DNA of 64,000 nucleotides from the NCBI GenBank assembly GCA_963847185.1, contig CAWJYV010000007.1, forward strand, positions 640,001-704,000. Direction: 5' to 3'. Of this stretch, positions 50,966 to 60,823 are shown in pieces. A program made the translations under genes and the position numbers. How positions within the stretch are numbered: the first letter of the stretch is position 1; each line of letters opens with the position of its first letter. The stretch comes from an uncultured Methanosarcinaceae archaeon (GTDB taxonomy: Archaea; Halobacteriota; Methanosarcinia; Methanosarcinales; Methanosarcinaceae). The notes under the pieces were generated by a model, which was given only the letters and a program-made list of their open reading frames with translations, did no database searches and had not been told where the DNA came from.

Positions 50966-51385
50966 TCAAATAAATAGAGTTACGTTAGCATCTCTTGCTT
51001 CATGGATGTAAGACCCTACAGCTCCCCACTCATCTATCCATTCCGTTCGGAGTTCTTCTTTCTTTATGCCCATAATTTCCATGGTCATTTCACAGGCGAT
51101 TATCTTTCCGCCAAGTTCTTTGAAATCACTCATGAGCTTTTCAAGTGAAGCAACGTTGGCTTTGTCCATTCTCCTTTTGACCATCCACCTTCCAAGTCCA
51201 AGCATGTTCATCTTGGAAAGAGGCCCCTTCTCAAGTTCTCCTTTCTTTAACCTCATTAGTCCCCAGAAAGTGAAGTATATCGAGGCTTCCATCCCCATTG
51301 CCAGGGCACCGTTCCCAATTATAAGTGCACTGTATACTTTGTCCATGTCTCCACTGTGCAAAACAATAACTGTCTTTTCCCCCAT
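50966..51385 (-). CDS. DsrE/DrsE-like sulfur-relay protein
   Basis: SGDMDK, SIYFTFWGL, IIACEMTM. Confidence 0.88.
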   Translation of the reverse strand: MGEKTVIVLHSGDMDKVYSALIIGNGALAMGMEASIYFTFWGLMRLKKGELEKGPLSKMNMLGLGRWMVKRRMDKANVASLEKLMSDFKELGGKIIACEMTMEIMGIKKEELRTEWIDEWGAVGSYIHEARDANVTLFI

Positions 51386-51404
51386 TTTCCTTCCCCTTTC
51401 GGTT

Positions 51405-51632
51405 TCACCTGCGGATCTTTATCTCCCACTCTTTACCTCCCTCTTTGTCTTCAATTTCCAGTACCTTGAATCCCATTGCCTCACAGGCCATAGGAATTTC
51501 TTTTTTTGATGCCGGATGCGTACCCTTTACAATTACAAGATCTCCTGGAGAAGCTTTTTTTAATGCTTTTCTGCACTCCACCAGTGGAACAGGGCAGGTC
51601 TGCTTGCGGACGTCTATTTCTATTTCTGCCAC
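51405..51632 (-). CDS. TusA/SirA family sulfurtransferase
   Basis: IDVRKQTCPVP (CPxP motif), 75 aa. Confidence 0.88.
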   Translation of the reverse strand: MAEIEIDVRKQTCPVPLVECRKALKKASPGDLVIVKGTHPASKKEIPMACEAMGFKVLEIEDKEGGKEWEIKIRR

Positions 51633-51662
51633 TTTCTCACCCCCAAAGCAAGAGAAATGAAA

Positions 51663-51698
51663 GAATCATGACACATTTCTGCCGTCTGTTCATGATTC
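51663..51698. promoter_or_regulatory. Inverted repeat upstream of tusA
   Basis: GAATCATGA ... TCATGATTC between a TATA-like sequence and the RBS. Confidence 0.4.
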
Positions 51699-51786
51699 AG
51701 TAATCTCGAAAAATATGTCACGGTTTTATATTGAAAATATTATTTGGAAATAACCCTTAATATTCTTATTCTAAATTATTTTCTCT

Positions 51787-52206
51787 TCAGAGTGCTCTCC
51801 TTATTTTCTCTGCAATCTCTTCCATATTTGTAGTGTCAGGTTCGGTCCATACTATTGATTTTATTCCTCTTCCTCCATCTCCCTTCTTTCTTGGAATAAT
51901 ATGTACGTGTACGTGAGGAACTTCCTGACCGGCAACTTTCCCATTATTGATGCCAATATTCGATCCTTCTGCCGAAAATGTTCTCTCGACTGCAATTGTA
52001 ATTTTCCTTGCAGCTTCAAAAAGCGAGCCGACTCCTTCTGCATCCATGTCCTTGAATGAGTTAAAATGTTTTTTAGGAGCTACGAGAGTATGGCCTTCGC
52101 TTGCCGGGTGAATGTCCAGAAATGCAAAAGTGGAGTCGTCTTCATATATCTTATTCGAAGGAATTTTTCCTGCTATTATTTTACAAAAAAGGCAATCTTC
52201 TGTCAT
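51787..52206 (-). CDS. HIT family hydrolase
   Basis: DCLFCKI, AGQEVPHVHVHIIPR. Confidence 0.93.
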   Translation of the reverse strand: MTEDCLFCKIIAGKIPSNKIYEDDSTFAFLDIHPASEGHTLVAPKKHFNSFKDMDAEGVGSLFEAARKITIAVERTFSAEGSNIGINNGKVAGQEVPHVHVHIIPRKKGDGGRGIKSIVWTEPDTTNMEEIAEKIRRAL

Positions 52207-52357
52207 AACTGTATCCCCTTAGAGGTTTAAGAGGTACACTTATATCAGGGTTCTGTATCTTCCTTAATTTATTGTTGGACTTTGAGACTAAGATTCTGAC
52301 AAGATCAACTGTAAATACATTTCCAACTCTAATATTTATCAGGAGAGTGAATTTTTC

Positions 52358-52669
52358 ATGATTGGTTATATTGCAGGAGCGCTAACAACCATAGCTTTTG
52401 CTCCCCAGCTTTTAAAAGCCCTGACAACAAAATCTACAAAAGACGTATCTCTTATGATGTTACTCTGCTCAACTTCAGGCATGTTTCTCTGGCTCTTTCA
52501 TGGGATTCAGGTGAATGATCCCGCAATTGTCGTAGCAAACAGCATTTCTGTAGTACTTGCTTCCTTACTTCTGGGGCTCAAAGTCAAGAATGATTATGCC
52601 AATCATGTTTTCAAGTCTAATCGAGATCTTAGGAAGTCCAAAAATAGTTTTCTTTCTTCTCGAAAGTAG
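52358..52669 (+). CDS. SemiSWEET/PQ-loop transporter
   Basis: IGYIAGALTTIAFAPQLLK, TKDVS, LWLFHG, IVVANS; 3 TM helices. Confidence 0.87.
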   Translation: MIGYIAGALTTIAFAPQLLKALTTKSTKDVSLMMLLCSTSGMFLWLFHGIQVNDPAIVVANSISVVLASLLLGLKVKNDYANHVFKSNRDLRKSKNSFLSSRK

Positions 52670-52770
52670 GATATTTAATGCTCAACTATATATCTGAGAA
52701 TAAATATAATTCCTCTTATTATATTGACCATTTTTTATCCTTTTTTTAATTGGTGTTGGGGTGAAAATGA

Positions 52771-53127
52771 ATGTCTAGAGTTTTAGCTGGTGCACTGATA
52801 GGTATGGTCTGTACTTTTATCTTCTATTTCATTCCGGGTGTAAATGTTATAGCTCCCCTACTGGGTGGTCTTTTAGCTGGTTATTATGCAGACGGAGAGT
52901 TTAGAGGAGGTCTTGAAACTGGAGTTCTAATGACTATATTTATGATTATTCCGGGAATCGTTCTTGGGGGATTTCTGGGGTCAATACTCAGAGATGCTCC
53001 TGTGCTTGGGGGATTCGTAGCTGCCTCTACATTTGTAATTACACTGGTTATCGTAGCGCATACGGCTGTGATGGGTATAATTGGCTCGATAATTGGGGCC
53101 GTACTGGCGGAAAAGAGAGTAGTATAA
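52771..53127 (+). CDS. DUF5518-like membrane protein
   Basis: APLLGGLLAGY; Gly-rich TM helices. Confidence 0.7.
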   Translation: MSRVLAGALIGMVCTFIFYFIPGVNVIAPLLGGLLAGYYADGEFRGGLETGVLMTIFMIIPGIVLGGFLGSILRDAPVLGGFVAASTFVITLVIVAHTAVMGIIGSIIGAVLAEKRVV

Positions 53128-53252
53128 CAGTTAGGTTTCGCTCTGGAAACTAAAAGTTAAGCTCTAAAAGTAATGAAAAATATCTTCTGAGCTAAGGAAG
53201 TTAATATTCTTTTGAAATAAGAAAAATAGATTATGAAGAAAAAGAAACTTTT

Positions 53253-55180
53253 TCAGAGCTTTTTCTTCAATATGAAATATTCTATAAGGATCATCAATAA
53301 AGGCAGGGAAATAGCCATTAGAATTTTCGCTTTTCCCATTGGTTTTGTTGTTCTTCTGTCCTCATTTCCTACGCCTTTATCCAAAATAGATTTTCCTTCA
53401 TCCTCCAGGCCTTTTAGAGTTTCCTTGATTGATGCTCCTGTCTGAGTTTTATTTTCGTCTGTTTTTTCTTCAATGCCATTGTATCCGGTTATTGCAAATG
53501 GAGAGAATCCAGGACTTTCTGCCTTGAAATACAGATATTTACTGTCTTCCCCTGAAAGAGTGGTTGGAAGTTCATTCCATTTCTTGTCACTGTACCTGTT
53601 CAGGATGATTGAAGACTTGTTAATACTTTTATCCTGCATCCAGGATTTTTCAACTCTGAAATTTATGACTGCATTTTCGAGATTATCTGTGTCGCTTCCA
53701 TACCCGCTGTTTCCAACCCATATATTGAGGTAGTTATAGACTTCGTCTTCAGGTGCATCCGGAGTGAGAGTGGATTTATTTTTCAGCATTTCAACAATAG
53801 TTGTTGTCTTGCCAACAGTCTTCTTTGAATCAAAGCTCAAACTTACAATAGCAGTAGCGTTATTTATGAACTCAAACTTTATAAATTTTCCACTGGTAAT
53901 GAAAACCTGGGAAAGTTCCTTTACTTTCACATTCGATGCGGGCTCTGGAGAACCGCCGCCAGCACCGCCACTAGAACTTGATTTTGATTTTGAGCTGGAT
54001 CCAGAGCTGGAACCTGAACTACTGAATCTGAACCTGAACTCTCGCCTGAAGAGGATTTTGTCACATTCACAGTTTTTGTGAGTTCATTGTTTGTTTCGTC
54101 TTTTTCACGTATCACTGTTCCGGAATCCACTGTAAGTTTTACTTCGATTTGTCCCTCGACTGTAGGAGTCCAGAAAAATGTGATCGGTGACGTTCCACCT
54201 GCAGAAAGGGCAGGTACCGTTGTTTGCCCGCTGGAAGTCTCATTGATTCCCTTGATGTTATATTTGAGTTCGCATCTTGATGAGCTCCCAGGCCCATTAT
54301 TTTTTACTGTTACTGCGAAAGTAATGTTTTCTCCGGGCTCCGGAGCTTCCGGATTTACAGAAAGAGACTCTATAGTCAGATCAGGAGGTATGGCTAATAT
54401 GTTCACTTTTTTTGTGAGTCCGTTGTTCGTTTCGTTACTTTCATATACTGCTGTTCCTGAATCAATAAGTCCCCCTATTTCTATCTGGCCTTCTTTGTCT
54501 GGGGTTAAGGAAAATACAACAGATGTACTCTCTTCCGCTGGAAGAGGTGAAACATTAATATCCTGACCTGCAACCCCGTCAATATAATATCTCACCATAA
54601 CAGCTTCTGAGGGGGCTGTACCCTGGTTTTTTATTTTCAGGGCAATATTTAAGAGATTGCCTACTTGAGGGGCAGATGATCCCGGAACAATGTCTTCAAT
54701 TATCAGGTCTGGGAGAGGATTTTCTATTACCGTTAATGTGGCTGTTCTCTGGTTATTTTCATCATTGCTTTCGACTACCAAATTTTCTTCATCGACCTTT
54801 GCGGTCATCTCCACGGTACCCTCAGTTCCTAAATTCCATAACAATGATATTTGTCTACTCTGCCCGGCTACTATTTCAGGGACTTCGCTCTTTCCTATAG
54901 AGTTTCCATCGCTATAATAAGCTACATCAGTTACTCCCGAGCTTGCTGTTCCTTGATTTTTTATTGTTGCTGTAATAGTTACCGTTTGTCCAGGTTCTGG
55001 ATTCACTGGATTAAAAGAAAGATCTTCAATTATCAGATCTGGAAATTCATTAACAGTTGAATTATTTCCTGTATCATTTTCATCTGCGGCAGTTATAATT
55101 TCGGGCATTAGTCCTGGGATGATTAAAACTATTAATAATATCGAGATTAAAGAATTGTAAAAACCTGTTTTCATTTTCAT
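53253..55180 (-). pseudogene. CARDB-repeat / PGF-pre-PGF surface protein split by a frameshift near 54024
   Basis: Signal peptide and three PDLxIE...NN CARDB repeats; other frame continues SSSGSSS...GGAGGGSPEPASNV...SPGFSPFAITG and a TM anchor. Confidence 0.85.
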
Positions 55181-55550
55181 CGGCTTTGCCCCCACCTTTG
55201 TAAACAAAAATGTCTGATATATACTACTGATTCTCCGATAATTATTTCGTGGATAATATAAATAAAGTTTCTGATCTTTAATTCTGAAATATATCTTATT
55301 ATAAAATTGTTTATTAAGACATTTATATATTGCCCCGGTATAATCCTCGTACAATTTTTGGAGCAAAAACTTTAATCATTTACTATTTTTAGTTTAGTTT
55401 TTCAGTTTATACAATTTCTTTTAAGCTTACAATGTAAAAGTGAATTTTCCCAGCCATTATATATCTTTTGTTATTTTTTCCAATCCCAATCATAATAGAA
55501 TATAATTTTGTAAGCTTTCAAAGTAAATGGACAATGTACAATAAAAGGGC

Positions 55551-55616
55551 AAAGAAAAAAAAGTGCAAAAAGGAAAAAAAAAAAAAAAAAAATAAATAAA
55601 TAAAAAATAAATAAAT
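55551..55616 (-). terminator. Long A-rich tract (T-rich on minus strand) downstream of the tyrS-proximal gene
   Basis: Run of about 19 A plus AAAT repeats. Confidence 0.45.
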
Positions 55617-55692
55617 GCTGTATGAGAAAAGTGAAATAAATAGAGTAATAAGCGTAAAGTCTCTAAGAGTAAAGAGTAAAAATAAAGAGGAA

Positions 55693-56865
55693 TCAAGCAA
55701 TCAGATATTTTTTATCTCTGATCTGGGCTCTGCTATCTACCCCAAGTATTCCGGCAATTTCTACCCCTTCACTGCCTACCTCCGCAAGCCGGGAGTAGAT
55801 TTCTGATCTTGAGATGTATTTTTCAGTCCTTGTTCCATCAGCATCTTCCATTTTGATGGTTATCTCTTCTTTATTGTGTCCTTTTGCCAGGCATTCCTGA
55901 ACGATTACCCCGTATTGTTCGGCAATAACTTTCAAGCAGTCAAAAATCTGGTTTGTGGAAACTGCATCTTCTTCGTCAAGCAGAACTTTTAAAAGATCAT
56001 AGGTACGGATATTTGTCCTCAAGTAAGCCTGGATTCTTTCCGGAACTTCTGCCAGTTTTTCCGTATCTACAAAAGCTCTGAGTTCTTTATCAGCAGTGAT
56101 TTCCTTATTGTCTTCATATATGAAATATCTTAATTCTCCGCCTTCGATCCTGTATTTTCTGTTTGCTTTTTTGTTTTCAAGGGTTAGGCGGAAGTTTTTA
56201 TCACTATCATATGCCAGAAAAGTTACAATAAAGTCAGATAGATCCTGCATTTTTATTTTCTCTTCTTTTCGAAGAATACCTGCCCTGGTCCAGCCCGGCA
56301 GGCTTAAATTCCCAAGCAGCTTTTCTACTGTCAGGGACTCTTCTAAGAACTCAAGCTTATAATAATACTGGAGGCCTGAGACCGAACCCTCTATCTCTCC
56401 TGAAATGCCGTTTATGCTGCTGGAAAGCTCAAATCTCTTCTCGGCCCCATAAACTCCTGAGATTAAAAATCTGCTAAGCACTTCCAGGATTTTGCTTTCA
56501 ATTTTTTTGTATTCGTGAGCGTTTCCACTTTCAATTTTTTTGTGCTCTGTTTCGAGGACATCTCTTTTTTTCTCAAAATTCTCACTGCAAATCTGGAGGA
56601 GTTTATTGGCACAGGGTATGACATCTTCAGTGCCCACTTCATTCACTAATCTTTTGAGTAGTAAGCCCAGTTTCTCTTCAAAAATGTTCATTCCATTTAT
56701 TCTGCTGTTCAATTCATGGAGCGCTTCTTTATGTTTGCACTTTATTTCTATTATGGAGTTCTCCAGAGGGATTACTTTGGAAGTCATATCTAAAAATATT
56801 TTCAGATCCTCAATGAAATCTCGCTGCACAGGCAGTTCTGTGGAGTCTTGGTAAATATATTTCAT
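55693..56865 (-). CDS. Hypothetical protein with coiled-coil N-terminus (about 390 aa)
   Basis: Long ORF with ATG after GGGTG; no domain recognised. Confidence 0.75.
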   Translation of the reverse strand: MKYIYQDSTELPVQRDFIEDLKIFLDMTSKVIPLENSIIEIKCKHKEALHELNSRINGMNIFEEKLGLLLKRLVNEVGTEDVIPCANKLLQICSENFEKKRDVLETEHKKIESGNAHEYKKIESKILEVLSRFLISGVYGAEKRFELSSSINGISGEIEGSVSGLQYYYKLEFLEESLTVEKLLGNLSLPGWTRAGILRKEEKIKMQDLSDFIVTFLAYDSDKNFRLTLENKKANRKYRIEGGELRYFIYEDNKEITADKELRAFVDTEKLAEVPERIQAYLRTNIRTYDLLKVLLDEEDAVSTNQIFDCLKVIAEQYGVIVQECLAKGHNKEEITIKMEDADGTRTEKYISRSEIYSRLAEVGSEGVEIAGILGVDSRAQIRDKKYLIA

Positions 56866-57034
56866 GAAAGCACCCTGGATAGCTAAACAACCCTTCAAAT
56901 ATTCTATGACCTATAGCTATATAATATTTTATCCAAGATCTTATCCTATTTTTAAGTGATGTTTCTCTTTTCTTATGTGGGTTACCCCCTTATACTCCCC
57001 AAGGATACCCACTAAAGGTCCAGACACTTCTATT

Positions 57035-57988
57035 TTATAGCAGAATCTTTCTGACAGGGTCCAGAATTTCATTTATATATTTTGCAGCTGAATTTTTAAG
57101 GTCCATTGGATGAACGTTTTCTGCTACAAAAGCACTTTCCATTTCAAAGTAACTTGCATATGTCAGGTTTCCACCAAACTTTTCAGGTCTCTCTATGACA
57201 ACTGTTTCATATCTGGGGAAGATGTGATAGCGGAAAAGAGCAAGAATAGGGTTTTCTTCTACATCTCCGATTTTACAGAAGGCTTTCTTAAACTTTCTGT
57301 ATATTTCTTCTTCAGTGTCGTCTACTGAGATGAAATTATCTTTTGAAGAAGCCATCTTGGTTCCATCCAAGCCGAGAAGAATCGGGGTGTGAATGCAGAT
57401 GGGCGTTTGGAACCCTAGATTTTTTAAATTTTCACGGGCAAGCATATGGATTTTCCTCTGATCAATACCTCCAACTGCAACATCTACTTCGAGCATGGCA
57501 ATGTCAACAGCCTGCATCAAGGGATACACCATCTGGGAGACCATTGGGTCATCCATAGCACGCCCAACCTCATCCATGCTCCTGCGTGCCCTGTTAAGAG
57601 TTACTGCCCCTGAAAGCTTGAGGACATTTAACATGTACTCGTCTCCAAGCTGAAAATCCGATCCATATACAAAATTAGTTTCTTCTTCATCAAGCCCGAG
57701 TGCAATAAAGCATTTCCTGTTATAATCTGCTATTTTTCGTACTTCTTCAAGTGTGCCTTTTCTGTTCAGATAAGCATGTATATCTGCAAGTAAGACAGTG
57801 ATTTTGAAGCCGGCCTTTTGCAGATCAATTAGTTTGTTTACTGTCAAGACGTGTCCCATATGGATTTTCCCGCTAGGTTCGTATCCTACATAGGCACGTG
57901 GAGCTTCCTTTTTCTTAAGGAGGTCTTCAAGTTCATTTTCAGTTACAATTTCCTGAACATTTCTTTTTATAAGTTCGAATCTGTCCAT
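57035..57988 (-). CDS. tyrS: Tyrosine--tRNA ligase (archaeal)
   Basis: YVGYEPSGKIHMGH, YPLMQAVD, GGIDQRKIH, KMASS. Confidence 0.96.
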   Translation of the reverse strand: MDRFELIKRNVQEIVTENELEDLLKKKEAPRAYVGYEPSGKIHMGHVLTVNKLIDLQKAGFKITVLLADIHAYLNRKGTLEEVRKIADYNRKCFIALGLDEEETNFVYGSDFQLGDEYMLNVLKLSGAVTLNRARRSMDEVGRAMDDPMVSQMVYPLMQAVDIAMLEVDVAVGGIDQRKIHMLARENLKNLGFQTPICIHTPILLGLDGTKMASSKDNFISVDDTEEEIYRKFKKAFCKIGDVEENPILALFRYHIFPRYETVVIERPEKFGGNLTYASYFEMESAFVAENVHPMDLKNSAAKYINEILDPVRKILL

Positions 57989-58030
57989 TGCCTCTACAAT
58001 CCTTATCTTTATTTTCTTATTCTCAAAAAC

Positions 58031-58762
58031 TTAGTTTCTATTAATAAGTTTCTCTAAAAATACCATCCCTTCTTTTGATTTAAAATTGGGAACTTCCCAG
58101 TTTTGGGTGACTTTTCTACGCAGAGATTTTGTTTCCTTACTAAGAATGGGGTTAAAGCCAGAAATTTCATATTCTTCCTTAGAAATAATAATTCCTCTCC
58201 TCTGCCAGGCAGGGAGTGTGGCAAGATTAGTTCCTCTTTCAAAAAGCATTTCGTGAATTTCCCGTTCCTTTTTCCCTTTCAGATATTTTGCAGCCTCATC
58301 TTTTTCCATTCCTTCATCCCTCAGGGTATAATACCCCCAGGCTGCTACAAAATTGCGCCAGGCTTCAAGCTGTCTCCACTGAAAATAAGTAGAAATTTCT
58401 TCTTTTTGAAGGGCAACTATTCTAGAATCAAAAGCCACAGGTTCTTCAAGCTTTAAATTTATTGTAAGGGAACTTCCCAGAAAGCTTGCTACGATGGAGT
58501 CGATTTTTTCCACCCTTCCTTCAAATGGAAGCTCCATGAATAAAAAGCTGATTTCATCCGAAAAAGTATAGGCAGAGAGGGGACTTAAACCGCTTTTTTT
58601 AATTAAAAGTTCGGCAGTATCCGCCATTGCCCTGGCGAAGGTTTGATCATAGGGTTTTTTAAAGCCCAGTCCCAAAAGCGTATTTCTAAAATTCCTGCCG
58701 TCAGCGCGCACAATCACAGGAGGGATACAGCGCATTTCAGCATAGATTTCCCGGCTTTTCAT
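58031..58762 (-). CDS. thg1: tRNA(His) guanylyltransferase Thg1-like protein
   Basis: VRADGRNF, KPYD, YTFSDEISF, FDSR, WRQLEAWRN, PAWQRRG. Confidence 0.93.
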   Translation of the reverse strand: MKSREIYAEMRCIPPVIVRADGRNFRNTLLGLGFKKPYDQTFARAMADTAELLIKKSGLSPLSAYTFSDEISFLFMELPFEGRVEKIDSIVASFLGSSLTINLKLEEPVAFDSRIVALQKEEISTYFQWRQLEAWRNFVAAWGYYTLRDEGMEKDEAAKYLKGKKEREIHEMLFERGTNLATLPAWQRRGIIISKEEYEISGFNPILSKETKSLRRKVTQNWEVPNFKSKEGMVFLEKLINRN

Positions 58763-58779
58763 AAACCTTTCGAAATTTG

Positions 58780-59040
58780 TCAGTCTTCCTTCTGTTTCTT
58801 GTATCTCTGGACAATATCTCTAACTATGATAATATCTGCTGCTGTTATAACCCACCTGTAAGGAATAATTATGCCTCTGGTGTTCAGATCAAATAGTTCC
58901 CTGTTAATCTCCGAAACAGCAAGTCCGGTGATCTTCTGTTCTTCTATATCAATTACGAGATCCTGTAGCTTTCCAACATAGACACCATTACTTGTGTATA
59001 TGTTTAAACCAAAGAGTGATGTAATTTCTGCGCGCATCAT
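58780..59040 (-). CDS. PRC-barrel domain protein
   Basis: IYTSNGVYVGKLQDLVID, IIPYRWV. Confidence 0.88.
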   Translation of the reverse strand: MMRAEITSLFGLNIYTSNGVYVGKLQDLVIDIEEQKITGLAVSEINRELFDLNTRGIIIPYRWVITAADIIIVRDIVQRYKKQKED

Positions 59041-59423
59041 ATCCCTGCTTTGTAAATTAATTTAAATCTTTCTCCTAACCTTATAGGAAAAACATACTTA
59101 TATATCTTACAGTTTTACTGGCTTATGATTACTAATTTTCTGTCGTTATTTGGGTAAACTTGGATTAACTCTTTATTATAATAACAATTCTTATTAAGTT
59201 AACGAAAGAAATGAAGACATTTAGACATTTAAATCCTTTTTCCAATACTGAATGAAAAAGAAATAGTTTTAGTTGCGTTAAGTCGTTCTTGAAGATTCGA
59301 TCAAAGGGGCAACTTTTGTTTATTGTCTTTGCCGTTAAGTATTATACGTAGTTACACGTTCTATTGTGAACCGGGCCACTGTTATATCATGAACTGAAAG
59401 CTGATATCTTTTTATAATTTTTG

Positions 59424-59456
59424 GCTCATAGGTAAATTTCTAAATTACCTATGAGC
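59424..59456. other. Perfect 12-bp stem-loop in mdh-PRC intergenic region
   Basis: GCTCATAGGTAA-N9-TTACCTATGAGC. Confidence 0.6.
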
Positions 59457-59626
59457 AGAACTTTTTAATCTTTTATGCGACCTTTTTTACTTTCATTTGC
59501 TTATTTTTACGTTAGATTAATTTTGTTTTATTTATCTACATCAATTTGTTTTACTAGTTATACTTATTTTTTATCAAACTTACTCTAATTATTTTCTTCT
59601 TTTTGCACCGAGGTTATTTCCATTAC

Positions 59627-60550
59627 TTATATTTCCAGCCCTGAGATTACAGTTCTGATATTTTCGGCTGATTTCCTCAAGATTTCATGTTGATTCTCAT
59701 TAAGCTTGAGTTCAAGGATTTCTTCAACTCCGGATGCTCCGAGTTTCACTGGTACGCCAAAATAAATTCCTTCCTGTCCATACTGTCCTTCCAGATAAGC
59801 GCAAGCCGGAAGAACTCTTTTTGTGTCTTTAATTATGGCCTCTGCCATAGATACTATAGCTGAAGAGGGAGCATAAAACGCACTTCCCTGTTTAAGAAGT
59901 TCAACAATTTCGGCTCCTCCGTTTATTGTTCTTTCTACCAGCCTGGAAATTTTATCCTTCGGAAGCAAGTCTGTAAGTGGAATCCCTGATACTGTCGTAT
60001 ACTGAGGGAGGGGTACCATAAGATCACCGTGTCCCCCTATTACCATTGCCTGTACGTCCTTTTTCGAACATTTAAGCTCTTCTGCAATAAAGCTAGAAAA
60101 ACGGCCTGCATCCAGAACTCCGCTCATTCCGAATACTCTTTTTGTCTCAAATCCTGTTGACTTCATAGCTACATGGGTTATAATGTCAAGTGGGTTTGTA
60201 ACAGTAATTACTATAGATTTCGGAGCATATTTTGCAATATTTTTGGAAATTTCTATTATTATTTTAGAGTTTGTTTTAATCAGGTCTTCACGACTCATTC
60301 CTGGTTTCCTGGCAATTCCGGCTGTAATAATTACGAGATCAGAATCTGCGATATCTGCGTAGTTATTGGTACCCAGTATTGAGGTATCATACCCCTTTAT
60401 CGCTCCTGCCTGCATCAGATCAAGAGCTTTTCCTTGAGGCATTCCTTCTACAACATCAGTCATAACAATTTCGCCAAGCTCAAGTTCAGCTAGCCGCTGG
60501 ACTGTAGTTGCTCCCACATTTCCTGCACCAATAACAGAAATTTTAGCCAT
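59627..60550 (-). CDS. mdh: Malate dehydrogenase (LDH-like)
   Basis: VIGAGNVG, ITAGIARKPGMSREDL, VTNPLD, LDAGR, GGHGD, SAFYAP. Confidence 0.94.
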   Translation of the reverse strand: MAKISVIGAGNVGATTVQRLAELELGEIVMTDVVEGMPQGKALDLMQAGAIKGYDTSILGTNNYADIADSDLVIITAGIARKPGMSREDLIKTNSKIIIEISKNIAKYAPKSIVITVTNPLDIITHVAMKSTGFETKRVFGMSGVLDAGRFSSFIAEELKCSKKDVQAMVIGGHGDLMVPLPQYTTVSGIPLTDLLPKDKISRLVERTINGGAEIVELLKQGSAFYAPSSAIVSMAEAIIKDTKRVLPACAYLEGQYGQEGIYFGVPVKLGASGVEEILELKLNENQHEILRKSAENIRTVISGLEI

Positions 60551-60823
60551 TACTTGCACTCCTGTATCATACAATTATTCAGAATAGTTCCTTATCTTCG
60601 GAATTAAATATTTATTCTTTACTTTGTTTATTATTACTGGTAAACTATTATTTGAATATTTATTTTTTGTTGTTCCATCCTAAAATTTTTCATCTTATTT
60701 TTCAAGATGCACCAATAACAGAAATTTGACACTATTTTTTTCGAATACTTTCAGTTTTCATGCAGTATTTTTATTAGACATTACTCTCAATTAGGCAGAG
60801 AAATATGCTGGATCAGGGAAAAC

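Noticed and set aside
58031-58762. Pyrrolysine (amber) codon in Thg1, as known for M. acetivorans residue 142
   Set aside because: Residue 142 here is Trp (TGG) and the ORF has no internal TAG
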